Part shown: piece by piece, positions 47,156-58,593 of the stretch
How the letters are laid out: each line of letters starts with the position of its first letter
How positions within the stretch are numbered: position 1 is the first letter of the stretch
Assembly: GCA_018651345.1 (NCBI GenBank)
Contig: JABIEF010000055.1
Coordinates: 2,463 to 66,462, forward strand
Source: Rhodobiaceae bacterium
GTDB lineage: Bacteria > Pseudomonadota > Alphaproteobacteria > Rhizobiales > TMED25
Length of the DNA stretch: 64,000 nt
Reading direction: 5' to 3'
Position numbers and translations under genes: made by a program
The notes under the pieces: model-generated
What the model saw: only the letters and a program-made list of their open reading frames with translations
Databases searched by the model: none
Told to the model about the DNA's origin: nothing

Positions 47156-48262
47156 TTAATAATAAGTTAAAATTAAATCAGCTATACTCTTAGCTGCACT
47201 AGTATTCCCAGTTGTATGTGCGGCTAGACTCATTTTCGTTAGAATGTCTCTATTCTTATAAAAATAGGTGATTTTATTTGATAAAAAATTTTCATTCAAG
47301 TCTTTTTCTTCTACTAGAATACAAGCCCCATCATTTTCTAGTTTTTTAGCATTTGCATACTGATCATTATCAATTGAATGACTTAATGGAATCAATATAG
47401 ACGGTTTTCCAATGACCCTAAATTCATCAATTGATGTAGCTCCTGCTCTAGATATAATTATATCAGCTTCACTAATATGTAATGGTAAATTATCAAAAAA
47501 CGTTTCAATTTTTGCATTAACGGAAAGCTCGCTATATTTTTTTTCTAAGAAAAACAAGTCCTCTTTAATAGCCTGTTGAACAATATTAATATTTGATCTT
47601 AACTCTATTTCAAGCAGTGACAAGGATCTTGGAATTAAATCCGAAAAAATACTTGCTCCCTGACTGCCACCAAAAATAAGAATATTAAAATTATTTGTAT
47701 GATTATGTAAAGGAGGTTTAGCACTTCTATATCTACAAATCTCTTTTCTAATGGGATTTCCAACCAATAAAGTCTTATTCGAATGCTTAGGTAACAAATT
47801 TTTTGTATCCTTATGAGATATTAAAATCTTTCTTGCCAAATTTCTTAGAAATCTATTAGCCCTTCCCATTATTATATTTTGTTCATGTATAATAATTGGA
47901 ATTCGTAATAAATAAGCTATCATAATTGGTGGGAAGCTAGGATATCCACCAAATCCGATAATTAATCTAGGAGAAAAATTTAACAAAATCGAAAAAGACT
48001 GGAAGAGACCTTGTATAATTTTAAATGAAAATATAATTTTCTTTAACTTATTTTTGCCAAACGGAGTATCTGACTCCACCACACGGATAGTAATATTTGG
48101 GAACAGATTTTTATAATTTAAACCCCTTTTATCGGTAATCATCAATATATCAAAGGAGGAATCAATAAGCTCATCTATAACCGCAATAGCAGGAAAAACG
48201 TGTCCACCAGATCCACCAGCCACAATAATTATTTTTTTATTCTCACTTGAATGATTTTTCAA
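47156..48262 (-). CDS. murG: UDP-N-acetylglucosamine--N-acetylmuramyl-(pentapeptide) pyrophosphoryl-undecaprenol GlcNAc transferase
   Basis: 368 aa with the GGSGGHVFPA G-loop, GGSQGA and SRAGATS. Confidence 0.9.
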   Translation of the reverse strand: MKNHSSENKKIIIVAGGSGGHVFPAIAVIDELIDSSFDILMITDKRGLNYKNLFPNITIRVVESDTPFGKNKLKKIIFSFKIIQGLFQSFSILLNFSPRLIIGFGGYPSFPPIMIAYLLRIPIIIHEQNIIMGRANRFLRNLARKILISHKDTKNLLPKHSNKTLLVGNPIRKEICRYRSAKPPLHNHTNNFNILIFGGSQGASIFSDLIPRSLSLLEIELRSNINIVQQAIKEDLFFLEKKYSELSVNAKIETFFDNLPLHISEADIIISRAGATSIDEFRVIGKPSILIPLSHSIDNDQYANAKKLENDGACILVEEKDLNENFLSNKITYFYKNRDILTKMSLAAHTTGNTSAAKSIADLILTYY

Positions 48263-49404
48263 TTAAGTTCCCTGCTATATTTATTTACAAATAATATTCT
48301 ATTGCTAGCTTTTTTTCTCGAAAAAGCTAGGATAAAACCGAATGCTATTGCAATTGACAACATTGAAGAACCTCCATATGAAATAAAAGGCAATGTCATA
48401 CCTTTAGCAGGAATTATCCCTAAATTAACACCTATATTTATACCAGATTGTATTCCAATCATTGACGATAATCCAGCAATAGATAGTCTCGAAAAAATAT
48501 CTTGATTTAACATGGCCCGCTGAAAACCTCTCAACACTATGAATGCAAAAAGCAAGACTACGAGCATGCATATAAATATGCCATATTCTTCTGCTGCAAC
48601 TGCAAATATAAAATCTGTATGAGCATCTGGAAGTATATTCTTTATAGTACCTTCACCAGGACCTTTACCTAACCAACCTCCTTTTATGATCGCATTATGA
48701 GCTGTATCTACCTGAAAAGTATCTCCAGAAGATGGATTCAGATAACTATTTAACCTTTGGGCAACATGGTCAACATTAAGATAGGCAATTGCAGATCCGA
48801 TAATACTAATGATAAATACAACCAAAATACCAATCCATGGCATTCCTGCAATGAAATATATGAGTATTGAAACCATTGTTATCAATATAGTTTGCCCATA
48901 ATCAGGTTGAGAAATTAGCAATGAAATTAGAATAATGTATAAAATTAAAGAAATTAGCTTTCCAGGTTTATTTGTTATTAGAGACTCTGAAAAAAACCAA
49001 GAAATTAAAACTATAAACGCTGGTTTAGCAAATTCTGATGGCTGCAAAGATATAACCCATAAATCTAACCATCTTGTAGCTCCTTTTATGGGGGTACCAA
49101 AAAAATTTAAATATAGCATTATTAGAATACAAGATAAAAAAGTTAACAAACAAAGTCTTCTAATATTCTTTTGGTTAAGAAATGAACATAAAATCATCGT
49201 TATGATTGAAGGTACTAAAAAAATAAAATGTCTTTTCACAAAATAATATTGATCGAGACCCAATCTATCAGCTACAGCAGGACTTGCGGCTAAATTTAAA
49301 ATAACTCCACAAAATATTAGAATAAAAACTAAGGCAATTAGAAATCTATCAATAGTCCACCACCATTCAGATATGACATTTTGATTAGTTCTTTTTAAAT
49401 TCAT
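48259..49404 (-). CDS. ftsW: Peptidoglycan glycosyltransferase FtsW (SEDS family)
   Basis: 381 aa, polytopic, with LQPSEFAKP, HTDFIFA and LPFISYGGSS. A 4-nt overlap links it to murG. Confidence 0.9.
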   Translation of the reverse strand: MNLKRTNQNVISEWWWTIDRFLIALVFILIFCGVILNLAASPAVADRLGLDQYYFVKRHFIFLVPSIITMILCSFLNQKNIRRLCLLTFLSCILIMLYLNFFGTPIKGATRWLDLWVISLQPSEFAKPAFIVLISWFFSESLITNKPGKLISLILYIILISLLISQPDYGQTILITMVSILIYFIAGMPWIGILVVFIISIIGSAIAYLNVDHVAQRLNSYLNPSSGDTFQVDTAHNAIIKGGWLGKGPGEGTIKNILPDAHTDFIFAVAAEEYGIFICMLVVLLFAFIVLRGFQRAMLNQDIFSRLSIAGLSSMIGIQSGINIGVNLGIIPAKGMTLPFISYGGSSMLSIAIAFGFILAFSRKKASNRILFVNKYSRELN

Positions 49405-49422
49405 AACAGTAATTACCTAAAT

Positions 49423-50808
49423 TTATTCAATATAGTCTTTTATATATCCATTAAAAGCACCACCTCTTTCTTCGTAGTTTTTAAACTGATCGTAAGAAGC
49501 ACAGGCGGGTGAAAATAATATTGTTGATTTAAATTTATTTTTAAGTGCATCAAAAATTGAATTCTTAATAGCAACATCAAGCGTAACGCATATTTCGTAA
49601 TCGATATCTTTTTCTAATAAGGTTTTTGAAAAAGATTTAATAGAACTTCCTATCAGATATGCTTTTTTAATATTTTTAAAAGAATTTTTTATTTGATTAA
49701 TGCCATCATCTTTTTCTAAACCACCCAGTATCCAATAAATATTATCACAGCTAATAATTGCTTCTCTAGCCGCTTCAGCATTTGTAGCCTTGCTATCGTT
49801 AACAAAACAAATATTCTTAAGGTATCCAATAACTTCCATTCTATATTTTAACCCGGAATAAGATTGAAATCCCTCTTCATAATCATCTAGGATATATCCA
49901 AGACTTCTTAAAACTGCTATGCTTGCAAGAATATTTTGAAAATTATGCTCACCAGCAAGAGACTTATTTTGAAATAGCTTTCTCATTGTTAATTTCTTAT
50001 TATCCAAATTCGTTATAATTGATCCGTCTAATCCCCAAATACCATTTTTAACTTCTTTATTTCTTGAAATTCTAATCGTGTTAATTTCTTTTTTGATCTC
50101 ATTAGATATTCTAACCGTATTCTCATCGTCTACACCTATGATTGCCGTATCACCCTTATTCTGTAATAAGAAGATCTTTGATTTTATCATAGAATAATTC
50201 TTTATATCCTTATGCCTATCCAAATGATCTGGGGATATATTTAATAAAACAGCAATATCAGGCTTCAATCTAGGTGTTAATTCAATTTGAAAGGATGAAA
50301 TTTCAATTAAATAAACACTATTCTTCTTAGGATACTCTAACTCTAAAACTCCGTTTACTCCTATATTACCGCCTAACTGTACGTCTACTTTCATAGATTT
50401 TAAGAGATGGTAAATAATTGATACAGTCGTTGATTTACCATTAGTACCAGTAACAAATATCGTTTTTATAGGAACTTTAGATATTGAAATTTCATCTAAA
50501 AATAGTTGAATATCACCTATAATAGTAACTTTATTTTTATTTGCTATTTCAACAATCCAATGAGGGTTAGGGTAGTCTATTGGTATCCCCGGGCTTAAAA
50601 TTAAAGCATCTATATCACTAAAATCGATAGATCTAGGATCCTTTATAATCTTATCGTTAAGTTCAGAAGAATCTCTAGTCTCAGAAGAATCGTCCCAAGC
50701 ATAAACAATTGCCTTACCTTTTAATAAAGCGTTTACAGAACTAATGCCAGACAAACCAAGGCCAAAAACAAAAATCTTCTGATCTTTTCTGTGGTGTAGT
50801 GCAATCAT
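49423..50808 (-). CDS. murD: UDP-N-acetylmuramoylalanine--D-glutamate ligase
   Basis: 461 aa with GTNGKSTT, a DSKATN context and the Mur ligase three-domain layout. Confidence 0.9.
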   Translation of the reverse strand: MIALHHRKDQKIFVFGLGLSGISSVNALLKGKAIVYAWDDSSETRDSSELNDKIIKDPRSIDFSDIDALILSPGIPIDYPNPHWIVEIANKNKVTIIGDIQLFLDEISISKVPIKTIFVTGTNGKSTTVSIIYHLLKSMKVDVQLGGNIGVNGVLELEYPKKNSVYLIEISSFQIELTPRLKPDIAVLLNISPDHLDRHKDIKNYSMIKSKIFLLQNKGDTAIIGVDDENTVRISNEIKKEINTIRISRNKEVKNGIWGLDGSIITNLDNKKLTMRKLFQNKSLAGEHNFQNILASIAVLRSLGYILDDYEEGFQSYSGLKYRMEVIGYLKNICFVNDSKATNAEAAREAIISCDNIYWILGGLEKDDGINQIKNSFKNIKKAYLIGSSIKSFSKTLLEKDIDYEICVTLDVAIKNSIFDALKNKFKSTILFSPACASYDQFKNYEERGGAFNGYIKDYIE

Positions 50809-50847
50809 GGTCTTACCTTTAATTGTATAATTAAATTTTACAAATAA

Positions 50848-51942
50848 TTATCTTAATTTTAACGTAAGCAAACCAATCATTGCTAGAATCAAGGAAATAA
50901 TCCAAAATCTTATTACTATAGTTGATTCGCTCCAACCCTTTTCTTCAAAGTGATGATGAAGAGGTGCCATCCTAAACACACGCTTTCCAGTGATTTTAAA
51001 GCTAATTACCTGCACAATAACTGATACAGCTTCTAAAACAAATAATCCTCCAATTATCAATAATACTAATTCATGCTTAGTTATTATTGCAATTGTACCT
51101 ATTGCAGATCCTAAGGATAAGGATCCCGTATCACCCATAAAAATCATAGCGGGTGGTGCATTATACCATAAGAATCCTAATCCAGCTCCTAATATTGCTC
51201 CGCATATAATTGACAACTCAGCCGCACCATCCACATAAATAATATTTAAGTAATCTGAAAATATAATATTACCAGTTATGTAGGCTATAAAACCAAAACT
51301 AGAAACTGCAATCATAACAGGGACAATAGCCAAACCATCTAAACCATCAGTTAAATTAACAGCGTTACCAGAACTGATTATTACCAAAGCTCCGAATGGA
51401 AGAAAATACCATCCAATATTTAATGTAAAATTCTTAAAAAATGGAAAATTTAGATTACCAAATATTTCAAAGCTGCCCGATAGAATTATTAAATAAACAC
51501 CAGAAACCGCAATTATTATCTCCAATATAATCTTCATTTTAGCTGAAAAACCATTTGACGATAGGCTTTTAACCTTTAAATAATCATCATAAAAACCTAT
51601 TGTACCAAATAAAATAGTAATACCAATAACAATCCAAACATATTTATTGGTTAAATCAGCCCATAAAAAACTTGAAAAACATATCCCTAATAAAATAATC
51701 AAACCCCCCATAGTTGGAGTCCCCGCTTTATCGATAATATGTCTTTTAGGCCCATCCACTCTGATTGGTTGACCGATTTCTTGTAAGCCTTTCAAGTAAT
51801 TAATGATCAGGGGTCCGAATAGAAATACAATTAATCCAGATGTACAGGTAGCTGCGACCGTCCTTGTAGTTATGTATTTAAAAACATTTAAGAAAGAATA
51901 TATTTCAATCAACTCATTTGATAACCAAAAAAACATTAGCAT
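50848..51942 (-). CDS. mraY: Phospho-N-acetylmuramoyl-pentapeptide transferase
   Basis: 364 aa with [28 protein letters not shown] and APLHHHFE. Confidence 0.95.
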   Translation of the reverse strand: MLMFFWLSNELIEIYSFLNVFKYITTRTVAATCTSGLIVFLFGPLIINYLKGLQEIGQPIRVDGPKRHIIDKAGTPTMGGLIILLGICFSSFLWADLTNKYVWIVIGITILFGTIGFYDDYLKVKSLSSNGFSAKMKIILEIIIAVSGVYLIILSGSFEIFGNLNFPFFKNFTLNIGWYFLPFGALVIISSGNAVNLTDGLDGLAIVPVMIAVSSFGFIAYITGNIIFSDYLNIIYVDGAAELSIICGAILGAGLGFLWYNAPPAMIFMGDTGSLSLGSAIGTIAIITKHELVLLIIGGLFVLEAVSVIVQVISFKITGKRVFRMAPLHHHFEEKGWSESTIVIRFWIISLILAMIGLLTLKLR

Positions 51943-51956
51943 TCACTTTCTTTTTT

Positions 51957-53381
51957 TTAGAATAATTCATAATTATTAATAAATTCCTGAGTAATAATAT
52001 TCATTTTCATTGAGTTAGAACCTTTTAATAAAATAATATCCTCTTCACAGATATTACGTAAAAGCAACTTTGAAATTTCTTGAGAATCTGATGCCCAATA
52101 AATTTTAATATTATTTGGTATTTTATCCAAATGTTTACGCATACTCTCACCACAAGCGTACACAATATCTATATTAGATTCAGATATCTGTTCTATCAGA
52201 TCAGAGTGATACGAAAATTCATATTCACCAAGATCTAACATATCCCCTAATACAGCTATCCTTCTTGCATTGTTGGATACTTTTAACGAATCAAATTGAC
52301 ATATAGAATAATTCATAGACATTGGGCTCGCATTATAACTATCATCAATTAATACAAAGGAACCGTTATTTATCTTAAATTTAATTGTCTCCCACCTGCC
52401 TTTTGATACTGAATTAAAATTTAGATTAGAAAATATACTTTGAAGGTTTAGTTTTAAAATTTTAAAAATTGCTAATATTGGCAATGAATTATGTGCAATA
52501 AATTTATTATTGGTGTTCAAATTATATCTATATTTTTTGTCAAAAATACTAACTACAGTTGATATGCTATTATCTGTAATATTTAACTTCAATAGTTGAA
52601 TATCGGATTTAACAGTTTTACCAAAAGTAATTATATTCAATTTCTTTTTATTAGCTTTTTTTTCTAGTGATTCATAACAATTACTATCTCTATTCAATAT
52701 TATATAACACCCTTCATCCATGTTATCCATGATTTCAGACTTTGCTGTACCAATATTTTCGATTGTTTTAAGATTTCCAATATGTGCATTCTCTACATTA
52801 GTTATTATTGATATATCAGGCATCACTAGCAATGCAAGCTCTGATATTTCACCAAAATGATTCATTCCTAATTCAAATATTCCTATATCTGAATTAATTG
52901 GCATATTAGCTAACGCCAGAGGCACCCCCCATTTATTATTAAATGATTTTGGAGAAGCGTATGCATTCATATAAGTTGAAATACATGAATATAAAATATC
53001 TTTTGTTGTTGTTTTTCCGACACTACCAGTGATACCAATAATTACCCCATGATTTCTTTTTCTTGATGCTATAGCTAATTTTTTTAAGGCCAGAAAAGTA
53101 TCATTAACAATTATATAATTATTACCCTTGGTTTTATGTTGATAGTTCTGATTTACAATCGCTATTGAAGCTCCTGCGTTAAAAGCATTATTAACAAATT
53201 CATGCCCATCTAACCTGTTACCCTTAATTGCAAAAAATACATCTCCATCCATCGCTTCACGGCTATCTATTATAACTCGATTTATATTTATATTTTCTTT
53301 TCCCTCGAAGGTTCCGTCCAATTTATCGACAAGATCCTGTAAATCCCATAATTTCTGATTAATTTGATTTTCTGATACCAT
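51957..53381 (-). CDS. murF: UDP-N-acetylmuramoyl-tripeptide--D-alanyl-D-alanine ligase
   Basis: 474 aa with GITGSVGKTTTKD, ELGMNHFGEI and IDDSYNASP. Confidence 0.9.
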   Translation of the reverse strand: MVSENQINQKLWDLQDLVDKLDGTFEGKENININRVIIDSREAMDGDVFFAIKGNRLDGHEFVNNAFNAGASIAIVNQNYQHKTKGNNYIIVNDTFLALKKLAIASRKRNHGVIIGITGSVGKTTTKDILYSCISTYMNAYASPKSFNNKWGVPLALANMPINSDIGIFELGMNHFGEISELALLVMPDISIITNVENAHIGNLKTIENIGTAKSEIMDNMDEGCYIILNRDSNCYESLEKKANKKKLNIITFGKTVKSDIQLLKLNITDNSISTVVSIFDKKYRYNLNTNNKFIAHNSLPILAIFKILKLNLQSIFSNLNFNSVSKGRWETIKFKINNGSFVLIDDSYNASPMSMNYSICQFDSLKVSNNARRIAVLGDMLDLGEYEFSYHSDLIEQISESNIDIVYACGESMRKHLDKIPNNIKIYWASDSQEISKLLLRNICEEDIILLKGSNSMKMNIITQEFINNYELF

Positions 53382-53392
53382 TAATTATTAAC

Positions 53393-54835
53393 CTAACTTA
53401 AAATCGAAAGAATGGTGGAATGATCAGAAAAAGGGTAAACTTTATTATTCACAATCATTGTTTCCTCATGCCCTTTTCCGCAAACTAATAAGTTATCTCC
53501 GTCTTCTAATTGTTCTATAGCAGTTTTTATAGCTTCGTACCTACTTCCAATCTCAATAGCATTTTTTGCACCCATTAAAATATCAAGTCTAATTTTTAAA
53601 GGATCTTCGTTTCTTGGATTATCATCTGTAACTATTGTTACATCTGATAAATTTGCAGCTACCTTACCCATTGCATATCTTTTTCCGACATCACGATTTC
53701 CACCAGCTCCAAAAACCAAATATAGTTTTTTAATAGTATATTTTCTCATCTCCCTTAACACAGATTCTAATGCTTCAGGTGTATGTGCATAATCAACATA
53801 AATTCCTGCATCATATTTATTACTGCCTATGAATTCTAACCTGCCTTTGACACCCTCTAGAGTTTCTAAAGTTTTTAATGATTCTATAATTCCAATTTCT
53901 CTATCTGCCGTAACAGTAGCTGCAGCAACTAAAGCATTATAAATCTGAAATTCTCCTATCAATGGTATATTAAGATCTATTTCCTCTTTATTAACACGTA
54001 GTCGAAGAGCTGTGCGTCTCCATAAATTATCTATTTGCAATATTTGTAAATCACTTTCACTTCTTCCTATAGTAATAATATTATGCTTATTCTTATTCAT
54101 AATTTGTTTTAAATATTTTTTTTCAATTGTATCAATACATAAAATCACAAGTCCATCTCTAGGCAATATTTCTGTAAATAATCTAGCTTTTGCTCTAAAA
54201 TATGCTTCCATTGTTTTATGATAATCCAGATGATCTCTTGAGATATTTGTAAATGCAGCCGCGCTTATATTAATATTATCAATTCTATATTGATCTAAAC
54301 CATGACTCGAAGCTTCAATAGCTACATTATCTACCTCAAGATTTTTTAATAAATTCAACTGAGCATTCAATGATATACTATCTGGTGTGGTCAAGTTACT
54401 ATGTCCCGGTAAAAATGAATTACCCAAAGTTCCGATAGAAGCTGATTTTCTAGAAAATTTTTTCCATATTTGATCGATAAAATTAACCACTGAGGTTTTG
54501 CCGTTTGTGCCCGTAACCGCTACAATCGTATTTGGTTTATTTCTGTAAAATCTAGAAGCTATATGTGAAAGTTCTAACCTTATATTATCAACGCCTATCA
54601 CTGGTATAGGGTATTTAATATTTTCATTAATGTTCTCATTTGATAATAACAAAGCATTAGCTCCGCCATCAATTGCTTGACGAATATAATCAATTCCTGA
54701 TTCTGTATGACCATCAAGAGCAATGAATAAATTATTTTTTTTAATCTGCCTGCTGTCTAAAGATAAACCAGACACATCCAATTCTGATAAAGCAGTATTT
54801 ATGTATTTTGTTGAAAGTAGATTATTCAATTTCAT
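53393..54835 (-). CDS. murE: UDP-N-acetylmuramoyl-L-alanyl-D-glutamate--2,6-diaminopimelate ligase
   Basis: 480 aa with GTNGKTS, VDYAHTP and the DNPR motif (TDDNPRNEDP) associated with meso-DAP specificity. Confidence 0.9.
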   Translation of the reverse strand: MKLNNLLSTKYINTALSELDVSGLSLDSRQIKKNNLFIALDGHTESGIDYIRQAIDGGANALLLSNENINENIKYPIPVIGVDNIRLELSHIASRFYRNKPNTIVAVTGTNGKTSVVNFIDQIWKKFSRKSASIGTLGNSFLPGHSNLTTPDSISLNAQLNLLKNLEVDNVAIEASSHGLDQYRIDNINISAAAFTNISRDHLDYHKTMEAYFRAKARLFTEILPRDGLVILCIDTIEKKYLKQIMNKNKHNIITIGRSESDLQILQIDNLWRRTALRLRVNKEEIDLNIPLIGEFQIYNALVAAATVTADREIGIIESLKTLETLEGVKGRLEFIGSNKYDAGIYVDYAHTPEALESVLREMRKYTIKKLYLVFGAGGNRDVGKRYAMGKVAANLSDVTIVTDDNPRNEDPLKIRLDILMGAKNAIEIGSRYEAIKTAIEQLEDGDNLLVCGKGHEETMIVNNKVYPFSDHSTILSILS

Positions 54836-54848
54836 TTAGAGGTTCCCG

Positions 54849-56519
54849 TTAATTAACTGCACTAGCTATCGTTAATTCTTCATCAAACATACTTGGTCCT
54901 ACACTTCTTTTAACACCTAACATAGGGGCAATCCTAGATACAATGTTTGAGAAAGTTGGTGCCGCATTCCATCCAGCAGTTCTTTGGCCTCTAGTTTCAT
55001 CGATCCTTTTTGGTTCATCCAAAAGTAAAAATAAAATATATTTTGGATCATCAATTGGAAACGCACCCATAAATGTTGTTAAAAGTTTATCTTTATTATA
55101 AGTTCCATTTTCAACCTTTTCACCTGAGCCGGTTTTACCACCTACATGATAACCGTCAACTTGTGCTTTTTTTGCCGTTCCATTTATCGCATTTAAGTAC
55201 ATCAATTTTCTTACTTTTTTGCTTGTTGTAAAATCGACAGCACGCCTCATCTCAATATTCGTATCGTTGGTTCTTTTTAAAAAAGTTGGATTAATATAAA
55301 TACCTCCGTTTAAAATACTTGCTCCAGCTGCTGCTGCATGTAGCGGTGTAATAGCTATCCCGTGACCAAAAGATGCTGTCGCTAATTGTATTTGACCCCA
55401 TTTTGGTTTCAATAAAGTCGATGATAATTCTGGTAACTCAGTTTTTATTCTATTAACCATACCAAATTTTTTTAAAAATTGTGCAAAACGATCACCTCCT
55501 ATTTCAATAGCCATTCTAGAAGTTCCAATATTAGAAGAGTAAGTGTAGACCTCTGTTAAAGTTAGCATTCTATTTTGCGCATGATCATCTCGGATTGTTC
55601 TTCTACCTATTTGCAAGGGATTTCTTGCATCAAATATTGTATCTAAATCTGCAATCCCTAAATCCAATGCCATCGCAACTGTAAAAGATTTAAATGTTGA
55701 CCCGATCTCATATGCTCCATTAGTTATTCTATTAAGGTAATTGGGGTCTTGAGATGTTTCCGGGCTATGAGGGTCAAAATCTGGCAAAGAAACAAGACTT
55801 ATTACCTCGCCGTTATTAATATCCATAAGAATTCCTGCAGCTGCTATCGCTTTATATTTTTCTAATGATTTTTTTAACTCATCCCTCATTGCATGAGTTA
55901 CTTTCAGATCAATTGATAATTGGATATTTTTAGAATCTTGATAAAAATTTGAATCTTTTAATAAATTAGAGTCAATGTGCCTCTCTATTCCTGCTTGCCC
56001 TATATTATCAATATTAGTATAACCAATTACATGAGATAATTTATTACTGTAAGGATAAAAACGATTAGTTTCATCCTCAAATCTAATTCCAGGTATACCT
56101 AAAGCATGTATAGCAGCTTTTTGGTGCGGTTCAATGCCTCTCTTTAACCATACAAAGGAAGCTTTGGAATTTAATTTTTTTCTCAAACTATCCCTATTAA
56201 ATCCTCCTGGGATAGCAATCATGAGTTGGTCGATAGTATCTTCTATATTTATTAATAATCTTGGATTAACTGCCAATGAAGGAACTTCAATATCGTGAGC
56301 TAATGTGTAACCATTTCTATCAATTATTATTGGTCTAGATAAATTATCAGCTTTAACATAAGAAGATGATTTTATAGAGTTATCTGCAAATGACACATAG
56401 TCAAATAACTTGGCAACCAGAACCAAATACCCTAATATAAATATAACAAATACTTGCTTTAATCTATTCTTAGTTGAGTTTTGTTCTTGGTTTTTAATAT
56501 TTTTTTTATCTAAAATCAA
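54849..56519 (-). CDS. ftsI: Peptidoglycan D,D-transpeptidase FtsI (PBP3)
   Basis: 556 aa with an N-terminal TM segment, a dimerisation domain, and the transpeptidase motifs STFK, SSN and KTG (GGKTGSG). It starts at TTG. Confidence 0.9.
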   Translation of the reverse strand: MILDKKNIKNQEQNSTKNRLKQVFVIFILGYLVLVAKLFDYVSFADNSIKSSSYVKADNLSRPIIIDRNGYTLAHDIEVPSLAVNPRLLINIEDTIDQLMIAIPGGFNRDSLRKKLNSKASFVWLKRGIEPHQKAAIHALGIPGIRFEDETNRFYPYSNKLSHVIGYTNIDNIGQAGIERHIDSNLLKDSNFYQDSKNIQLSIDLKVTHAMRDELKKSLEKYKAIAAAGILMDINNGEVISLVSLPDFDPHSPETSQDPNYLNRITNGAYEIGSTFKSFTVAMALDLGIADLDTIFDARNPLQIGRRTIRDDHAQNRMLTLTEVYTYSSNIGTSRMAIEIGGDRFAQFLKKFGMVNRIKTELPELSSTLLKPKWGQIQLATASFGHGIAITPLHAAAAGASILNGGIYINPTFLKRTNDTNIEMRRAVDFTTSKKVRKLMYLNAINGTAKKAQVDGYHVGGKTGSGEKVENGTYNKDKLLTTFMGAFPIDDPKYILFLLLDEPKRIDETRGQRTAGWNAAPTFSNIVSRIAPMLGVKRSVGPSMFDEELTIASAVN

Positions 56520-56571
56520 TTTTAGCCTATAATATTATTAATAACTATAAAATTTAAGACAAAACAGATAT

Positions 56572-56922
56572 CTACTCCCTCCTCGTTTCAATCTCTGTAA
56601 GCCCAACTAACGATCTTTTTATCAAATCATCCATAATATCATTTGCCGGTTTCATAGGAATGTCCTTTAATTCTTTTTGTTGTGAAATATTGATAGGACC
56701 TAGGGTGAGATGAAGCTGTGTTAATTTCTGTATTCTTTCGGGGTCTGTAAGTTTATAAAAATCTGCATTTAGAACATTTATTATCTTTTTTTCATCGATT
56801 ATTTTATTTTTTAATTCAGTTATTTGATTTTCAGTATTAGTCGTGTCATATTTCAATACATACAAAGATAGAGATCCTAATATTGCTATACATATAAAGA
56901 ATATATAAACGAACCTAATCAT
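56572..56922 (-). CDS. ftsL: Cell division protein FtsL (alphaproteobacterial type)
   Basis: 116 aa with a single N-terminal TM segment followed by a coiled-coil. It sits between rsmH (4-nt overlap) and ftsI. The call rests mainly on position and architecture. Confidence 0.65.
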   Translation of the reverse strand: MIRFVYIFFICIAILGSLSLYVLKYDTTNTENQITELKNKIIDEKKIINVLNADFYKLTDPERIQKLTQLHLTLGPINISQQKELKDIPMKPANDIMDDLIKRSLVGLTEIETRRE

Positions 56923-57962
56923 CGTAACTTTTCCAATAAATCTTGATAATCATAACTATTAGTATAAATATCTAAATTTTCTCTAAAGATTTCATTTGTT
57001 CTTTCTCCAACGCGCATTCTTGCAGATCTTGATCTTGGATTCTTAGCAACTTCATCCTCACCAGTTTTTATTAGCTTAGACATCACATATTTAAAGCTAT
57101 TTTTCTCATCTAAATTGCTTACAGGAAGATGTCTTGATACAGCTTTATTAATACCAGTGTGATGGTTGAGAAACTCTTTTACAATTCTATCTTCCAATGA
57201 ATGAAATGATACGACAACTAACCTGCCCCCAGTTTCTAAAACTTTACCAGAAATGTTAAGTAATCTTTTTAATTCATATAACTCAGAATTCAAAAAAATT
57301 CTTATAGCTTGAAATGTTCTAGTAGCAGGGTGAATTGTTTTTTTATCAGTCTTTCTGTAAGACCAACCAATAGCTTGTGCTACAACCTCTCTTAATTCAA
57401 AAGTTGTTTTTATAGGATGTACAGATCTTTCTCTAACTATCGATCTTGCGACCATCTTTGCTAATTTTTCCTCTCCTAGTATTTTTATTATATTGGTTAA
57501 TTCATCTTCTCCAAGAAAATTTACAACATCATAAGCATTAGGTCTTTCATTATCCATTCTCATATCCAGAGGCCCATCTAATTGAAAAGAAAAACCTCTT
57601 GTATTATCATCCAACTGCATAGAAGAAACTCCTATATCAACAACTATCCCATTCACTTTTTCTATATTAATATTCTCCAATACAGATTCAAGTTGACTAA
57701 AACGACTATTGATTAACTTTAATCTGGGGGAATAAAGCTTTTCTAGGTATTTAGCATTATTTATTGCATACGCATCCCTATCTAAGGAGATAACATTACA
57801 ATCAGCATATTCTAATATTTTTTTTGTATAACCACCGCCTCCAAAAGTACCATCAACATAGACACAGCCTCCTCTAGGTGCCAGCGCTTCAAGTACTTCT
57901 GGAAGCATTACAGGTATGTGATGAATAGGTCCGCCAGCAGCATTACCACTGCTATTCATCAC
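56919..57962 (-). CDS. rsmH: 16S rRNA (cytosine1402-N4)-methyltransferase
   Basis: 347 aa with HIPVML, DGTFGGGGY, DIGVSSMQLD and SFHSLEDRIVK. Confidence 0.95.
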   Translation of the reverse strand: MMNSSGNAAGGPIHHIPVMLPEVLEALAPRGGCVYVDGTFGGGGYTKKILEYADCNVISLDRDAYAINNAKYLEKLYSPRLKLINSRFSQLESVLENINIEKVNGIVVDIGVSSMQLDDNTRGFSFQLDGPLDMRMDNERPNAYDVVNFLGEDELTNIIKILGEEKLAKMVARSIVRERSVHPIKTTFELREVVAQAIGWSYRKTDKKTIHPATRTFQAIRIFLNSELYELKRLLNISGKVLETGGRLVVVSFHSLEDRIVKEFLNHHTGINKAVSRHLPVSNLDEKNSFKYVMSKLIKTGEDEVAKNPRSRSARMRVGERTNEIFRENLDIYTNSYDYQDLLEKLR

Positions 57963-58435
57963 TTTAAAACTCCCTCAATAATCTTTTTATTGTTAACTCT
58001 TAATAAATTTCTTTGTTTTTTTACTCTCTCTCTTGCTTCCAATAAATGAGCTTTAAAATTGTTTGGCTCCCATATTTGAAATTTTTCACCAAGACCAACA
58101 AAAACAACCTCACTATCAATATTAGCATGCTCTCTTAAAGAGCTCGATAAGATAACTCGACCATCAGTGTCTATCTTTATCATTTCAGACAATCCAAATA
58201 ATGCAGTCGAAAGATGATCTCTTTCGTCTGAATAGGGATCTAATTTATCTAATAAATCTGATATTTGATTAGCTAATTTCTCCCCCCCTGAGTCAATTGC
58301 TTTTGCATCAAGAGATGGGTAACAAAATAATTTGTCAAAACTATCACAAGAAATGACCGATCTAAATTGTGCAGGAACAGACACACGTCCTTTGGCGTCT
58401 ATTTTATTATGATAAGTTGATAAAAATTTTTCCAT
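57959..58435 (-). CDS. mraZ: Transcriptional regulator MraZ
   Basis: Two SpoVT/AbrB-like halves, each with a DxxGR motif (IDAKGRVSVP; DTDGRVILS). The start is set at ATG 58435 (MEKFLST..., preceded by GGGAAG) rather than the listed 58462. Confidence 0.9.
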   Translation of the reverse strand: MEKFLSTYHNKIDAKGRVSVPAQFRSVISCDSFDKLFCYPSLDAKAIDSGGEKLANQISDLLDKLDPYSDERDHLSTALFGLSEMIKIDTDGRVILSSSLREHANIDSEVVFVGLGEKFQIWEPNNFKAHLLEARERVKKQRNLLRVNNKKIIEGVLK

Positions 58436-58484
58436 AATAACTTCCCGTAAAAGATATTCCATAGATTTACTACAAATGTAAATT

Positions 58485-58529
58485 TGGGATACTATGGGAT
58501 ACCATGGTATAGCATGGTAGTCAATGGTT
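58485..58529. promoter_or_regulatory. Five TGG(G/T)N boxes at an exact 10-bp period upstream of mraZ (candidate MraZ operator / dcw promoter region)
   Basis: The plus strand reads TGGGATACTA TGGGATACCA TGGTATAGCA TGGTAGTCAA TGGTT, with boxes at 58485, 58495, 58505, 58515 and 58525. The centre also forms the 12-nt palindrome ATACCATGGTAT. The boxes lie 50-95 nt upstream of the mraZ ATG. Confidence 0.5.
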
Positions 58530-58593
58530 TTAACAACAAAATATAAATTGAAATAACTTATTAACCGATAGTTATGATGATAAAAATAATTTT